Shown piece after piece: positions 62,372 to 64,000 of a stretch of DNA of 64,000 nt. The stretch's first letter is position 1. The number at the start of each line of letters is the position of its first letter. The stretch spans positions 73,345 to 137,344 of the forward strand of contig CAVYYM010000041.1 of assembly GCA_963772715.1 (NCBI GenBank), read 5' to 3'. The translations under genes and the position numbers were made by a program. The notes under the pieces were generated by a model. The model saw nothing but the letters and a program-made list of their open reading frames with translations. It was not told where the DNA came from and made no database searches. The stretch is from an uncultured Bacteroidota bacterium (GTDB lineage Bacteria; Bacteroidota; Bacteroidia; Bacteroidales; VadinHA17).

Positions 62372-63780
62372 CATATGGAAAGGGATTGACAAAATCACGA
62401 TCTCACTGTTCATTCTTATGTTGATCATGGGTTGGTTCAATATCTATGCTGCTGTTTACAACGAGGAGCATAAGGAGATACTCGACCTGTCACAGCGTTA
62501 CGGCAAGCAGTTCATCTGGATAATAGCCACTCTTGTAATGGCAGTTTTCATCGCCATAATCGACAGCAGGTTCTACCTCTTTTTCTCGTATTTCATTTAT
62601 GCCGGGCTGATGCTGCTCCTGGTTCTTGTGCTTGTTCTTGGCAAGGAGATCAACGGGGCCAGATCGTGGTTCGAATTCGGGAACCTAAGTTTGCAGCCTT
62701 CGGAGTTTGCCAAATTCGGCACTGCTCTTGCCCTGGCAGCTTACCTCAATAACAAGAGGCAGGAGCTTACTAAGGTCAGGGTAATATTGCCTGCATTGGG
62801 GATAATGATTTTACCGGTATTGCTTACTGCTCTTCAGCCCGACATGGGCTCTACGATCGTATTCTTCGCTTTCTTCATTGTCCTTTTCCGGGAAGGGATG
62901 AGTCCCTATGTCTTCGTCTCCGGGGATCCTCATGGTGATCCTGTTCTTCCTGACGCTGCTTGTCGATAACTTTTATCTCGAAGCGGGACTGGTGGTCGTG
63001 GCACTGTTCCTGTCGTGGTTTGCGACCAGGAACCTGAAAGCCTGGTCGCTGGGACTGGTCATACTGATCCTGACAGGCGGAATAATGTATCTCCTGGGTC
63101 ATTTCGTTTTCAGATCCATGGGCAATGAGACAATATTACTGATTACGATAATTCTGGCAGGGGTCTTTTACGCATATTATATTTACAGCAAGAAGGCCGT
63201 GGCCCTTATGGTCATTTACCTTTTTCTGCTTGGCAGCGTTTTATATGTAAGCGCTGTCGATTTTGCCTTCAATCATGTAATGAAGCCTCATCAGAAGGAG
63301 AGGGTCGAGATAATGCTTGGCTTCAAATCAGATCCTCATGGCAAAGGGTATAATGTAAATCAATCGATGATCTCGATCGGATCAGGTGGCTTTTTGGGGA
63401 AAGGGTATCTTCAGGGAACCCAGACGAAATTCAAGTTCGTACCGGAACAGAGCACCGATTTCATTTTTTGCACTGTGGGTGAGGAATGGGGATTCCTTGG
63501 TTCGGCAATTGTAATCGGATTATATGTTTTCCTGCTTATCAGGCTTGTGATACTGGCTGAAAGACAGCGTTCCATGTTCTCAAGAGTCTACGGCTACGGT
63601 GTCGTCTCGATCCTTTTTATCCATTTCTTCATCAATATAGGCATGGCTATAGGCCTTGTTCCCGTTATAGGGATACCGCTTCCTTTTTTCAGCTACGGGG
63701 GGAGCTCGCTCTGGGGGTTTACGATCCTCCTGTTTATTTTCCTGAGGCTTGATGCCAGCCGGACTGAATATCTTGTATGA
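62355..63780 (+). pseudogene. rodA: SEDS family peptidoglycan polymerase RodA, with a +1 frameshift near 62902-62910
   Basis: ORF 1 (TTG start) contains LQPSEFAK and QPDMGS. The junction reads FREGMSP|MSSSPGILMVILFF. ORF 2 carries PEQSTDFIF, GLVPVIGIPLPFFSYGGSS. Confidence 0.88.
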
Positions 63781-64000
63781 TCAGAAGGGGATGGTTATCC
63801 TGTGCGATATTTCAATACCGAAATCTTTTTCCACATAGTCGATCAGCTGCGGAAAGAACTCCATGAAGTCTTCCTGAAGAGGATAGTAATTCTTCTTAAA
63901 GGTCTTCATTGCAAACCTGGTTTCGTTAGGCAGGGTGGTGCGCTTGCTCAGGGTTCTTAATACATGTTTGATGCCGTTCAATGTCTGATATGATTCTATC
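63781..64000 (-). CDS. C-terminal end of an unidentified protein (the gene continues beyond the right edge)
   Basis: The minus-strand frame is open to position 64000. The stop directly abuts the rodA stop. I recognise no family. Confidence 0.4.
   Translation of the reverse strand, partial: IESYQTLNGIKHVLRTLSKRTTLPNETRFAMKTFKKNYYPLQEDFMEFFPQLIDYVEKDFGIEISHRITIPF

Noticed and set aside
609-63780. The idea that the many +1 breaks represent programmed ribosomal frameshifting or a recoding system.
   Set aside because: I found no common slippery heptamer, no stop codon or rare codon consistently at the shift sites, and no downstream structures. The contexts are heterogeneous. Error or recent mutation is far more likely, so this is kept only as something to exclude with reads.

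Overview
Most likely a Bacteroidota chromosomal segment. The support is several TAnnTTTG-type -7 promoter boxes, lipoprotein-rich gene content, GH97/GH57/GT3 families, and the order purH-mreBCD-mrdA-rodA. GC looks mid-40s % by eye. About 55 genes are present and nearly all are housekeeping.

Main blocks:
- (i) 5.0-16.1 kb: a glycogen island with a debranching enzyme, GT4, GH57, a GT3 glycogen synthase fused in frame to a GT35 alpha-glucan phosphorylase, and a GH13 branching enzyme.
- (ii) 16-36 kb: ribF, ahcY, greA, HIT, comF, ruvC, S41 peptidase, serS, rplU-rpmA, GH97-thyA-folA, clpX-clpP-tig, tRNA-Leu(UAG), lptB, tatC.
- (iii) 37-50 kb: recQ, a processive-type GT2, GNAT, carB, argR-argG-argH, carA and a PatB-like lyase.
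- (iv) 50-64 kb: a lipoprotein, a large ABCG-like transporter, rsmA, an FtsX-type permease, purH, mreB-mreC-mreD-mrdA-rodA.

I found no rRNA, CRISPR array, IS/transposase, integrase, phage or recognisable defence genes, so I cannot point to a convincing new multi-gene system.

Points worth a second look:
- At least 12 conserved genes are interrupted by single frameshifts, and almost all need the same +1 correction. This looks like insertion-type consensus error but should be checked.
- The GT3-GT35 synthase/phosphorylase fusion.
- A Lys-rich AT-hook tail spread over three reading frames behind GH57.
- A family-like set of long intergenic hairpins whose arms are built from degenerate 8-11 nt tandem repeats.
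- A terminator-like hairpin in the greA leader.
- Duplicated ARG-box-like operators overlapping the argR promoter and start codon.

All product calls rest on motif recognition in the supplied translations. No database search was run.
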